Shown here piece after piece: positions 44,301 to 53,133 of a stretch of DNA of 64,000 nucleotides. Each line of letters begins with the position of its first letter. The first letter of the stretch is position 1. The notes beneath the pieces were generated by a model. It searched no databases and was not told the DNA's origin. It was given only the letters and a program-made list of their open reading frames with translations. Both the position numbers and the translations under genes were made by a program. The stretch is from a virus: IMG/VR virus record IMGVR_UViG_3300045988_160259, positions 32,001 to 96,000 of that record; one strand, written 5' to 3'.

Positions 44301-45149
44301 GTGGAGAATAAAAAACAAGTAGCAATATACATACGTGTAAGCACACTCGATCAAGCCCGTGAAGGATATTCTTTAGATGCACAAGAAAAAACGCTTAGGA
44401 AATGGTGTGAGGAACGGAAATATAATATTTATGATTTGTATGCAGACAAAGGAATTTCAGGGAAGGATATTGAACATAGACCAGATATAAATAGATTATT
44501 ATATGATGCAAAAAATGGGAAATTTGATTTAGTTTTATTTTGGGCACTTAGTAGATTTACAAGAAGTGTATCGGATTTATATTCGACAATGGAAAAATTC
44601 CAACAATGGAATATATCTATGGTTTCATATACTGAAGCTTTTGATACATCTACTCCAATGGGTAGAGCAATGATTGGCATTGTTGGTGTATTCGCACAGC
44701 TAGAAAGAGAATTAACAAGTGAAAGAGTTAGTGCAGCTATGGCAGAGAGAGCTGCACAAGGAAAACGCACTTGTTCTGAAATATTGGGATATGATTTGGA
44801 TGGAAAGGATTCATTTAAAATCAATAAAAAAGAAGCAGAATATGTACGTTTTTGTTTTTCTGAGTATTTGTTAAGAAAAAATTTATCAGAAGTTGCGAAA
44901 GAAGCAAAAGAAAGAGGATTTAAAGGTAAGAGAGGCAAAATCCCAACAGCTTATAGTGTTCAAAAAATTCTTACACGAACACAATATTGTGGGTACAATA
45001 TTTTTTGTGGAGAAACTTATAAGGGAAATTTTGAGCCAATTATAGATGTTGAAACATATAATAAAACTTTATCGTTACTTAAACGACAAGGGAAAAATAT
45101 TGGTAGGAGAAGAATAAAACCATTAATAAAAATTGAGACAATGAAATGA
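44301..45149 (+). CDS. serine recombinase (resolvase catalytic domain plus partial recombinase domain; no zinc-ribbon or coiled-coil)
   Basis: ORF track frame; GTG 44301 behind AGAGGTG (44292 also possible); VAIYIRVSTLDQ catalytic Ser, ALSRFTRS, GVFAQLERELTSERV. Confidence 0.85.
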   Translation: MENKKQVAIYIRVSTLDQAREGYSLDAQEKTLRKWCEERKYNIYDLYADKGISGKDIEHRPDINRLLYDAKNGKFDLVLFWALSRFTRSVSDLYSTMEKFQQWNISMVSYTEAFDTSTPMGRAMIGIVGVFAQLERELTSERVSAAMAERAAQGKRTCSEILGYDLDGKDSFKINKKEAEYVRFCFSEYLLRKNLSEVAKEAKERGFKGKRGKIPTAYSVQKILTRTQYCGYNIFCGETYKGNFEPIIDVETYNKTLSLLKRQGKNIGRRRIKPLIKIETMK

Positions 45150-45180
45150 GGATTTACTGTAAAAATTGGAGGAAACTATT

Positions 45181-45486
45181 ATGAAATATGAATGGAAATA
45201 TGGAGAAAATGACAATCAAAAATACTATGATGTAACAGTTGGAAAAGATTATCTTTGCGTATTTGCAAATAAATGGAATCCTAATACTTGGCTTGGTTCA
45301 TACAATAGTATTTGCATCCATAACAAGACGAAAAATGATAGAGTAAGGAAAAAACGAGGTCTTGCAAAAGGTTGTCATCCATCAGAATTAAGAGAAGATT
45401 TTATGTTGTGTAGTGCAAATCCAGAATACATGATGAAAAAGGTTGAATATTGCTATGCACATAATCTTATGGAAGTAAGTCAATAA
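45181..45486 (+). CDS. hypothetical protein
   Basis: ORF track frame; ATG 45181 behind GGAGGA. Confidence 0.65.
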   Translation: MKYEWKYGENDNQKYYDVTVGKDYLCVFANKWNPNTWLGSYNSICIHNKTKNDRVRKKRGLAKGCHPSELREDFMLCSANPEYMMKKVEYCYAHNLMEVSQ

Positions 45487-45506
45487 AAAGAATTGGAGAA
45501 ATTTAT

Positions 45507-45671
45507 ATGACATTTAATAATGCAAAAGGATTACATAACGAAGATGAAGTGACTATTAAAGAAACAGGTGAAGTTGTAACTGTATTACAAACTTACCAAT
45601 CGGAGAATGGAAAATATATTATTTTAGAATGTGACGATGGTAATAACTATTATAATGAAAAAGTAAAATGA
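45507..45671 (+). CDS. 54-aa hypothetical protein
   Basis: ATG behind TGGAGAA; below the ORF-track cut-off. Confidence 0.5.
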   Translation: MTFNNAKGLHNEDEVTIKETGEVVTVLQTYQSENGKYIILECDDGNNYYNEKVK

Positions 45672-45698
45672 AACGATGATTTCAGAAACGGAGTAAAA

Positions 45699-46172
45699 AT
45701 GAAGACAGTAAAAGAAATAGACAAACAGATTCAAAAGGAACATGATTATATTGTTCAGTTATATGCTCAAATTAACTCTTATGAACAGAGTGTGGAACAT
45801 TTAAAAGCAGAACGGCAAGATGCTGAAAAGAAAGAGAATGAAATGTTTATTGATAATTGGCTTAATGAACATTTTGGAATCCAGAACCAGAAAGAAGCAA
45901 GACAGAAATCAATCTTTATTGTTTTTGATAAAAATGCTAATTTTGTAAAAACTGTAACAACTGGATATGGCGAAGACTTTCGTTACGTTAGTCCTGTAGA
46001 AGATGAAGATACAATGGAATACTGGTTGAGAAAAAACAAATTGTACGCTCATAGAGCTTCGTCATTCTGCGATAGAAACAGAAATTGGTACGATTTGTCT
46101 TTTAAAGATCAGCTTGAAAATTTATGTTGGGAATTTGATAAGAATGGAAAATTAAAAAAGACACAATGGTAA
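45699..46172 (+). CDS. hypothetical protein
   Basis: ORF track; ACGGAG upstream. Confidence 0.7.
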   Translation: MKTVKEIDKQIQKEHDYIVQLYAQINSYEQSVEHLKAERQDAEKKENEMFIDNWLNEHFGIQNQKEARQKSIFIVFDKNANFVKTVTTGYGEDFRYVSPVEDEDTMEYWLRKNKLYAHRASSFCDRNRNWYDLSFKDQLENLCWEFDKNGKLKKTQW

Positions 46173-46209
46173 ACAATGAATCGGATATTTAGAAAGGTGT
46201 GAGATTGAT

Positions 46210-46485
46210 ATGATTAAATTGAACTCAGAGATTTTAGAAGTGTTATGTATGGTTTACCATTATAAACACTATAGAAGTGCAATGGCAAGATTATACCCTG
46301 AACAGAAGATAAACTGGTATGAAGATACAAGAAAATTTTATTTTGGATTAGATTTACCAGAAGGATTCAATAAAAATGAAATGGATTTTGATAGAGTGAT
46401 GCAATTTATTCCAGATTTTAAACCATATAAAGAGTGGATGGAAACAAACGAGGATGAGTTAGATAAATTCGTTTGGAAATGTTGA
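46210..46485 (+). CDS. hypothetical protein
   Basis: ORF track; AAAGGTG upstream. Confidence 0.65.
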   Translation: MIKLNSEILEVLCMVYHYKHYRSAMARLYPEQKINWYEDTRKFYFGLDLPEGFNKNEMDFDRVMQFIPDFKPYKEWMETNEDELDKFVWKC

Positions 46486-46522
46486 TAATGAAACGTAGAT
46501 TTCAAAATTAGGAGCGATAGAA

Positions 46523-47065
46523 GTGCAATACATAGAAACTGAAAATATGCTCAATGAGATAGATTGGGACGATGGAAGAAAATTCAAATGTCATTCATAT
46601 TGGAATGATGATACTTCTTTTGCATTGGATATTGGTGATGGAGAGCTGATTGACAAAGAAGGTAATTCATATTTTATTCACTGTGAATACAATTGTGATA
46701 ATGGAATGTGGCATTACATTTTTGAAATATGGTTTGAAAATGATAGTTGTAGTATTTATGACATTCCGAAGACTAACAGAAGTAAATATCTTTCGGAAAC
46801 AGAACTTGAAGAGCTGCGAGGAATTATTTATAACTTATGCAAGGATAAAATAAACACGGAGGAAAACTACATGGATATTGAAGAAATGATGATGGATTTT
46901 ATATTACATGATGCAAACGATGAACAGATTGAACAGTTTTTCGGATATGCAGAACATGGGTTTAGCAAAGATGACATTGAAGATAATTTAAGTCAGATGC
47001 CAGATGATGTATTTGACGAACTTGTAAAAGAATTTGGACTTCCTACTGATGGAGTTAAATTATAA
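46523..47065 (+). CDS. hypothetical acidic protein
   Basis: ORF track (GTG behind AGGAG). Confidence 0.7.
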   Translation: MQYIETENMLNEIDWDDGRKFKCHSYWNDDTSFALDIGDGELIDKEGNSYFIHCEYNCDNGMWHYIFEIWFENDSCSIYDIPKTNRSKYLSETELEELRGIIYNLCKDKINTEENYMDIEEMMMDFILHDANDEQIEQFFGYAEHGFSKDDIEDNLSQMPDDVFDELVKEFGLPTDGVKL

Positions 47066-47101
47066 ATAGAATAATTATTAATTACATGGGAGTGAATCTA
47101 T

Positions 47102-47407
47102 ATGACAAGAGAAAAAGCAACTAAAATTGTAACAGAATTTTTAAAAGACATGAATCCTGATATGTGGAATGGCAACGGAAATAAGCCAGAATCGTTTGAT
47201 GAACATGGTTGGCAGTATTCATTAACAAACGAAGTGAATCTTGAAATTACATTTGTTAATAACGAAGAAGATGGATGGTGTCATTATTGTGATTTAGTAT
47301 ATGTATCTGACAATTCTTCGTTTGATATGTTAAGTGGGTATGGAATTGATTCCGTACAGAATATTATTAATACAGTGCTGGATTTATGTAGAGATTATGA
47401 GTTGTAA
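47102..47407 (+). CDS. hypothetical protein
   Basis: ORF track; GGGAG upstream. Confidence 0.7.
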   Translation: MTREKATKIVTEFLKDMNPDMWNGNGNKPESFDEHGWQYSLTNEVNLEITFVNNEEDGWCHYCDLVYVSDNSSFDMLSGYGIDSVQNIINTVLDLCRDYEL

Positions 47408-47435
47408 TGAAACGGAAAGCACCATGAGGAATAAT

Positions 47436-47657
47436 ATGTCAGAAAAGTTGGTAGAACATACATATGGAACTCATATTTACATGAAAATGAGATTAGACAA
47501 TAAAAGAATCGAAGAAATAGATGTGTACTTACGAAGTGATGGAGAGCATTATGTTACAAGTGCAGATCACGGAATGGAATTGTGCAGTGGAGAAAGTTTT
47601 AAACAGAAACAAAAGCTGCGACAGGAAATTATAGATGCTTTTAATGAATTGTATTAG
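47436..47657 (+). CDS. hypothetical protein
   Basis: ORF track frame; ATG 47436 behind GAGGAA. Confidence 0.6.
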   Translation: MSEKLVEHTYGTHIYMKMRLDNKRIEEIDVYLRSDGEHYVTSADHGMELCSGESFKQKQKLRQEIIDAFNELY

Positions 47658-47675
47658 ATGGTGGAGGAAAGCAAT

Positions 47676-47855
47676 ATGAAAATAAAAGATTTATTAGAAG
47701 TACTAAATACTGATAGCGTTGTTCTTGCAAGAGAAAATGATATTCTTGTTGATTGTGAAACACCATATATAAATCAGGCACTTAGAGAATATATGGATGA
47801 AGAAATCGAGAGAATAACACCATTAAACAATGCAATAGAAATTATATTGAAATGA
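47676..47855 (+). CDS. hypothetical protein
   Basis: ORF track frame; ATG 47676 behind GGAGGAAAG. Confidence 0.6.
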   Translation: MKIKDLLEVLNTDSVVLARENDILVDCETPYINQALREYMDEEIERITPLNNAIEIILK

Positions 47856-47881
47856 CAGTTTAAAAAGGAGAGTAGATAAGA

Positions 47882-48208
47882 ATGGTAGCAATTAATGCAA
47901 TTACAAGAGAAAGTATGGATATGATTGTGGATGAGATTATGAACGTGATGGATTCTGATTATTTGAGTGAAGAATCGAAAGGTGCTGAGATAGAAAGAGT
48001 ATTGGTTAATAATGGATTAGCAATGGTGATTGAAGAAAATGATAATGAATGGATATCTAAAAATGATGAATTACCAAATGCATATGAAGAAGTAAAAGTT
48101 CTTTTAGATGATGGAAATATTACCAAAGATATGATTGTAAGAGGAAAATATGGAAATTTGGAATGGAGAGATCATGCCGATAGATTTGTTAAAGCATGGA
48201 GAAAATAA
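47882..48208 (+). CDS. hypothetical protein
   Basis: ORF track; AAAGGAGAG upstream. Confidence 0.7.
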   Translation: MVAINAITRESMDMIVDEIMNVMDSDYLSEESKGAEIERVLVNNGLAMVIEENDNEWISKNDELPNAYEEVKVLLDDGNITKDMIVRGKYGNLEWRDHADRFVKAWRK

Positions 48209-48215
48209 AATAGGG

Positions 48216-48398
48216 ATGAAACGGAAAGTATCAGGAGGAAAACATTTGAATAAGGAAGAAAGTTTGGCTTTTTTACAAAATTGTATAGAGAAAGTAAAAA
48301 GAGCAACAGCACAGGATATTCAATTCTATAAAGAAGTTTATGACAGAGAATATGCTTATAAAGAGAAATGTTTTGAGAACAAAGGAGATAAAAAATGA
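48216..48398 (+). CDS. hypothetical protein
   Basis: ORF track frame; start uncertain (48150, 48174 or 48216). Confidence 0.5.
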   Translation: MKRKVSGGKHLNKEESLAFLQNCIEKVKRATAQDIQFYKEVYDREYAYKEKCFENKGDKK

Positions 48399-48547
48399 GA
48401 GGAATTACATGTGCATTAATTAGTTTGACATGTTGGTACATGGGAAGTCATATGTCAAGAGTTAACTTGACAATTAAAGTAGCTTTAGCTCTTACATCAT
48501 TTGGTATGTTGCTGTGTGCGATTGTATTTATGGCGTTTGGAATATAA
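48395..48547 (+). CDS. 50-aa membrane protein
   Basis: ATG behind AAAGGAGA, ATGA overlap with previous stop; two hydrophobic segments. Confidence 0.55.
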   Translation: MRGITCALISLTCWYMGSHMSRVNLTIKVALALTSFGMLLCAIVFMAFGI

Positions 48548-48642
48548 TTGAAACGGAAATTTCAATAGAAGAAAGAGAGAATAAATATTTAACTGAACGT
48601 TTTTCTTTATTGATTGTGGACATGAATTGGAGGTTGACTACT

Positions 48643-48849
48643 ATGAATGAACTTGGTAAATTATTAGTAGAAGTCGATAAAATTGAAGACGATGATAAGT
48701 GGTTAGAAGCAGAGCATGATACAGTCCAACAATATTGTGAAGATAAAAATTATGAAATGACAGAAGACGAAATGGAAACCATTCGATCGAGAGGATTGGA
48801 AGAGTCTTTTGAAAGTTGGATAGAATTTAAAGAAATGATGGAGGAATGA
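48643..48849 (+). CDS. hypothetical acidic protein
   Basis: ORF track frame; ATG 48643 behind GGAGGT. Confidence 0.65.
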   Translation: MNELGKLLVEVDKIEDDDKWLEAEHDTVQQYCEDKNYEMTEDEMETIRSRGLEESFESWIEFKEMMEE

Positions 48850-49019
48850 TTATAAAGAAGTACAGTGTGACATTTACAACATATAAAGAATATGAAGTAG
48901 AGGCAGAAAATGAAACTGAAGCACTTAGAATAGCGGAAGAAAAATTGGAATCTGATAGATGTATTCCAATAGCAGATACTCATTATGATGAAAGTGATGT
49001 TGAAGAAATTGAGGAGTAA
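48846..49019 (+). CDS. 57-aa hypothetical protein
   Basis: ATGA overlap with previous stop; GGAGGA upstream. Confidence 0.55.
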   Translation: MIIKKYSVTFTTYKEYEVEAENETEALRIAEEKLESDRCIPIADTHYDESDVEEIEE

Positions 49020-49022
49020 AAT

Positions 49023-49184
49023 ATGGAAGAATATATCTTAGATGAATGCAGAAAACATATTCTAAAATTTCATAATATGTCTGATACAGAGATTTATAAT
49101 TGGATGTGTGATAATTATAAAGGATGTAGAGATTATGAAATGATACGAAGATGCAGTTTCGTAATATTTAACGAAAGCAGGTGA
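49023..49184 (+). CDS. 53-aa hypothetical protein
   Basis: ATG behind GAGGAG; followed by a hairpin plus T-run at 49171-49210. Confidence 0.5.
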   Translation: MEEYILDECRKHILKFHNMSDTEIYNWMCDNYKGCRDYEMIRRCSFVIFNESR

Positions 49185-49275
49185 CGAAAAAGTTATCTGC
49201 TTTTTTCGTATAGAAACGGAGAATAATAAGATAGAGTTTGACAAACTAATAAATTAAAAGATTGGAGGAATTGAA

Positions 49276-49461
49276 ATGTTTACAGAAGAATATTTTTCAA
49301 AATGGTTTGATATTATTCCAGAGCATGATGCAAGAACATTATGGAATGACGGAGATAGAAGTTTTCTCGTATTGAATATAGAAGATGGGATAGATAGATA
49401 TGCGGATTGCTTTGAAAGTTTTGAAGAAATAAAGAGAAGTTTTCCTGATGCTTTATTTTGA
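49276..49461 (+). CDS. hypothetical protein
   Basis: ORF track; GGAGGA upstream. Confidence 0.65.
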   Translation: MFTEEYFSKWFDIIPEHDARTLWNDGDRSFLVLNIEDGIDRYADCFESFEEIKRSFPDALF

Positions 49462-49517
49462 CTGGATAAAGCAAAATAGTAATGGAGATTTCATATTTAG
49501 AATCGGAGACTGATTTT

Positions 49518-49985
49518 ATGATTAAATTTATAGAAAAAGAAAGATATTATGATGATAGTCCATATACAGGAAGTTGCTATTATTACCCTACATATATGGT
49601 AAAAGATGGAGAAGAATTCTTTGTATTCAATCGAAGAGAACCTGACGATGAATGGAAGATAAAAGAGGACAAGGCAAGAAAGAATCAGTTGATAGAAAAC
49701 GAAGGGAAATATTTTAAATTTAACGGATTTTATAATAATCCACTAGAAATGTTGAAGGAGATTATTGAAAGAAAACATCATTTTACAACGCCAAAGGACA
49801 TGTACTATGGTAATTTAGATATACATAGATATATAGATTTCCATGGTAATAGAAATGAAGTTAGTGCAGCTTTCCATTATAGAATTTATGATATAGAGTT
49901 AGCATGTACAATTCAAAAAGTTGTCAAGCTAATCAATAGTGAAGATTGGAACATGGCAAAAGCAATATTGAATAAAAGACAATGA
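49518..49985 (+). CDS. hypothetical protein
   Basis: ORF track frame; ATG 49518 behind CGGAGA preferred over the SD-less 49482. Confidence 0.65.
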   Translation: MIKFIEKERYYDDSPYTGSCYYYPTYMVKDGEEFFVFNRREPDDEWKIKEDKARKNQLIENEGKYFKFNGFYNNPLEMLKEIIERKHHFTTPKDMYYGNLDIHRYIDFHGNRNEVSAAFHYRIYDIELACTIQKVVKLINSEDWNMAKAILNKRQ

Positions 49986-50013
49986 AAAGCACATTTTATT
50001 AGGAGGTAGAGTT

Positions 50014-50178
50014 ATGAATGAATTATATATAAGCGACAGTAGTATTTATTTTAAAACAAGCGAAAACACATATGATGAAGCAATGGATGAATTTCTAAGT
50101 AAATGCGCTTCTGCTGGAATTGATATTTACATTGAAAACGCAGTACTTAGAGATTCTGACGGAAACGATGGTGAATAA
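50014..50178 (+). CDS. 54-aa hypothetical protein
   Basis: ATG behind AGGAGGT; below the ORF-track cut-off. Confidence 0.55.
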   Translation: MNELYISDSSIYFKTSENTYDEAMDEFLSKCASAGIDIYIENAVLRDSDGNDGE

Positions 50179-50201
50179 AGTATTCAGGTTGAGGTGTTAG
50201 T

Positions 50202-50450
50202 GTGAACAAAAAGAAATTACTGCACATTATTATGAGTAGTCTTACTGAGAACTGGTGTTGCTCTGGTGTAGACGGAGATGAAAAAGCTTACGCTTGGACA
50301 GATAGTGAAATTGCAGCTGATGCATTAACAGAAATTCTTTATGATCTTGGGTGTGAAGAATTCCATGAACTGAACTCAAAGAGGCCAGATTATAGAAGAG
50401 ACAATATAGTTATAGATGGATGCTGGAGAGCAGTATTTACAGAAATGTAA
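50202..50450 (+). CDS. hypothetical protein, paralogue of 55246..55548
   Basis: ORF track (GTG behind GAGGTG); shares L..I...L.-N-.C.SG.D...-AYA-TDSEIAA--L-E-LY--G with 55246..55548. Confidence 0.7.
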   Translation: MNKKKLLHIIMSSLTENWCCSGVDGDEKAYAWTDSEIAADALTEILYDLGCEEFHELNSKRPDYRRDNIVIDGCWRAVFTEM

Positions 50451-50463
50451 ATGAGGTGATTAA

Positions 50464-50715
50464 GTGAAACAGTATACAATATATGTTTGTGAGACATGCG
50501 GATATGAGAGCAAAGATGCTAAAGAAATTATGCAACATGAAGCAGATCATCTAGGTCTTACAGTTAAAGAAATGGAACAATATAGAGCTTTGAAGTCTTT
50601 TGCAAATTATATGGGTTCTGTTGTATCACATACAAAAAATGAAGCAACAGATAAAGCATTCGATGATGCAATTCAGAATTTATTGGATTTTGAAAAAGAG
50701 CATGGAATTAAATGA
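50464..50715 (+). CDS. C2H2-type zinc-finger protein
   Basis: ORF track; YVCETCGYESKDAKEIMQHEADH. Confidence 0.65.
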   Translation: MKQYTIYVCETCGYESKDAKEIMQHEADHLGLTVKEMEQYRALKSFANYMGSVVSHTKNEATDKAFDDAIQNLLDFEKEHGIK

Positions 50716-50742
50716 AAAATACATTTTTAGGAGATGTATCTT

Positions 50743-51063
50743 ATGGATATTATAAAGAATTGGTTTGAGGATAACGGCTATGAAGTTGATGAATATGAAA
50801 CAACACTACAAGCGAAAACAGATACAATTTTATTCCTGGTTGTAGAACCACATAGTGATACAAATGGAAAATGGTTATTGCGAGCAGCTGCATTAGCATC
50901 TTTTGACAGATGGGCAAATTCGACAGCCGTTGAGGAATTCTTTGATACGGAAATAGGATTGCGTAATTATTTAGAAAATAATCAGCTTTACATCTATAAA
51001 GATGTATTGAGAAGTTTATCAGAAGAATATGAGGAAATGTACAGAGTTAATTATGAAGATTAA
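50743..51063 (+). CDS. hypothetical protein
   Basis: ORF track frame; second ATG (50743) has better spacing to AGGAG. Confidence 0.65.
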   Translation: MDIIKNWFEDNGYEVDEYETTLQAKTDTILFLVVEPHSDTNGKWLLRAAALASFDRWANSTAVEEFFDTEIGLRNYLENNQLYIYKDVLRSLSEEYEEMYRVNYED

Positions 51064-51084
51064 TTATTTTGGTGAGGTGATAAT

Positions 51085-51246
51085 ATGTTGAAATGTTTAA
51101 TTGATGTTTCTGTTCCAGAAGATAGTAAATGCTCTAAATGTTGCTTTTACTGTGATGAAAAGGATAGTTGTGAATGCAGATGCGTTGGACTTGAAGAATG
51201 GAAAACAGAAGAAGAAATTGAAAATAATTGTATAGAATGTGAATAA
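51085..51246 (+). CDS. 53-aa Cys-rich protein
   Basis: ATG behind GAGGTGA; 11 Cys. Confidence 0.5.
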   Translation: MLKCLIDVSVPEDSKCSKCCFYCDEKDSCECRCVGLEEWKTEEEIENNCIECE

Positions 51247-51273
51247 CAATATATTTGATCGGAGGTTGATGAT

Positions 51274-51657
51274 ATGAACAAATTACAAACCATGAGAGAT
51301 AGAATTATAGAGATTGCAGAAGAGAACGGATGGAAAGTTGATATTGAATCAAATGATGGTGACGATTTTTCTTATGAATTTTCAAAGTACAGTCCGGCAG
51401 ATCAAGATTTTAGTTTTGAAGCGGAAATGAAAGATAACAATGTACATACATTACTAAATGATATTGAAGAATATTATGATAATTATGATTGCAGCTATGA
51501 GGCATATTTGTGGCTAGATAATACGGGACATGGACTTAATGGCGCGCCATATGATATGAAAGATGTTTATGAAGATATGGAAGCGTGTAAAAAGATGGTT
51601 TATGAATTATTGAAATTGTTAAGCGAAGAGGACTGGGAGGAATATTATGAAGATTAA
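51274..51657 (+). CDS. hypothetical acidic protein
   Basis: ORF track; GGAGGT upstream. Confidence 0.7.
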   Translation: MNKLQTMRDRIIEIAEENGWKVDIESNDGDDFSYEFSKYSPADQDFSFEAEMKDNNVHTLLNDIEEYYDNYDCSYEAYLWLDNTGHGLNGAPYDMKDVYEDMEACKKMVYELLKLLSEEDWEEYYED

Positions 51658-51940
51658 ATATTACGAATTAAATTGCGGAGTAAAGGCAACAGAAGAAGAA
51701 ATCAAAAATGGTACAGAAAATGGATGTGAAATTAGTAGAGGTCTTATAGATACGGAGTATAGTATAGCAATCAAAGCAGACCATTATCCAACTTTTGAAG
51801 AGGCAGAAGAGTTTATAAAAGATGATTTGAAAAGATTTGGATATGATGGTGTTTATGGAATTACACCATTATCAGAAGAGGAATTACATTCGTTTTTTGA
51901 TACTGAAAATATTGATAAATGGAAAGTATTAAGTAAATGA
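51647..51940 (+). CDS. hypothetical protein
   Basis: ORF track; GGAGGA upstream inside the previous gene's end. Confidence 0.65.
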   Translation: MKIKYYELNCGVKATEEEIKNGTENGCEISRGLIDTEYSIAIKADHYPTFEEAEEFIKDDLKRFGYDGVYGITPLSEEELHSFFDTENIDKWKVLSK

Positions 51941-51968
51941 AAACCGCATTTCAAGGAGGTTCTATTTT

Positions 51969-52055
51969 ATGGTTATGATAAGGCAAAGATGTAACAAATG
52001 TGAAAGACATCTTTATTCTGCAAATAACATGCGATTTTGTATATGGTGTATTTGA
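51969..52055 (+). CDS. 28-aa zinc-ribbon-like peptide
   Basis: ATG behind AAGGAGGT; CNKC...CIWC. Confidence 0.4.
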   Translation: MVMIRQRCNKCERHLYSANNMRFCIWCI

Positions 52056-52076
52056 TTCATGGAAAGAGGTTTGATT

Positions 52077-52301
52077 ATGAATAATATTGACAAACAGAAG
52101 GAAAGAGCAAGTAATACAGAAGAATTATTAGATCATTTGATTGAAATCATTGAAAATAATGATAGTAGATTTTCGCTTGAATGGTCAGTAGGTGGCGAAA
52201 CAATTACAATGGAAATTTATGATAAATTAAAAGATATTGGTTATGCAGCGAAGATTTATCCGATTGAATATGATGAGAATGATGAACCAATTAACTTATA
52301 A
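52077..52301 (+). CDS. hypothetical protein
   Basis: ORF track frame; ATG 52077 behind GAAAGAGG. Confidence 0.6.
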   Translation: MNNIDKQKERASNTEELLDHLIEIIENNDSRFSLEWSVGGETITMEIYDKLKDIGYAAKIYPIEYDENDEPINL

Positions 52302-52321
52302 AATATTGCCAGAATAAAATA

Positions 52322-52382
52322 TTGACAAACGGATATACTTTGTATATACTATTATTAAAGGTATATCCGTTGTATATACAAC
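52322..52382 (+). promoter_or_regulatory. promoter and palindromic operators of the mazEF-like module
   Basis: TTGACA (52322-52327), 17 nt, TATACT (52345-52350); inverted repeat ACGGATATAC (52329-52338) / GTATATCCGT (52361-52370); palindrome TTGTATATACAA at 52370-52381. Confidence 0.7.
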
Positions 52383-52398
52383 GTAGGAGGTCTAAAAA

Positions 52399-52698
52399 AT
52401 GGCAATCGCAAACAGAAAGGAAAGCATATTCATTTCACAAACAGCCATAAGAAGATGGGGCAATAGTCAAGGCATTCGCCTATCAAAAGAAATCATTAGT
52501 AGCGCAGGATTAAAAGAAAACGACAATGTAGAGATTAGTGTAGACAACGGAATTATTACCATTAAAAAGGCAAAACCAAAATATTTAAATTTAAAGGAAA
52601 GGCTTGAAGCATTCTATAATAAACCAATTGATGATATCTATGTAGAGAGCAGTCAAGAGGTTGATGTAGGTACTCATGTAGGTGACGAAGTTTGGTAA
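52399..52698 (+). CDS. mazE: MazE/AbrB-fold antitoxin
   Basis: ORF track; RRWGNSQGIRLSKEIISSAGLKENDNVEISVDNGIITIKKA is SpoVT-AbrB/MazE-like. Confidence 0.85.
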   Translation: MAIANRKESIFISQTAIRRWGNSQGIRLSKEIISSAGLKENDNVEISVDNGIITIKKAKPKYLNLKERLEAFYNKPIDDIYVESSQEVDVGTHVGDEVW

Positions 52699-53018
52699 CT
52701 TATACTCAAGGTGATATTATTACAATGGATTTCAATCCGCAGCAAGGACATGAACAGTCAGGAAGAAGACCAGCGCTTGTAATAAGCAATGATATTTTAA
52801 ATTATCATAGTTCCATGGCAATGGTGTGTCCAATCACAAATACAAATAAACATCATCCGTTTCATATCGAGCTGGACGACAGAACGCAGACAACGGGCGT
52901 GATATTATGCGACCAGGCAAAAATGCTTGATATTGGAGCACGTAATGGAAAATTCAAAGAAAAATGCCCAGAAGACATATGGAAAGAAGCCAGAGATTTA
53001 GTAACAAGCTTTATGTAA
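52692..53018 (+). CDS. mazF: MazF/PemK-family endoribonuclease toxin
   Basis: ORF track (TTG overlapping the mazE stop); GDIITMDFNPQQGHEQSGRRPALVIS ... VCPIT ... ILCDQAKMLD. Confidence 0.85.
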   Translation: MVTYTQGDIITMDFNPQQGHEQSGRRPALVISNDILNYHSSMAMVCPITNTNKHHPFHIELDDRTQTTGVILCDQAKMLDIGARNGKFKEKCPEDIWKEARDLVTSFM

Positions 53019-53044
53019 AAATGTAAATGAATATGCGAAACGAA

Positions 53045-53080
53045 GGAATCATACAGAATAGTGTATGGTTCCTTTTTTGT
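53045..53080 (+). terminator. rho-independent terminator
   Basis: GGAATCATAC / GTATGGTTCC hairpin followed by TTTTTTGTT. Confidence 0.8.
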
Positions 53081-53133
53081 TGGAGAATAATAGAAAAAAA
53101 TGAAACAAGGATTTCAGAAGGGAGAATCAAAAT

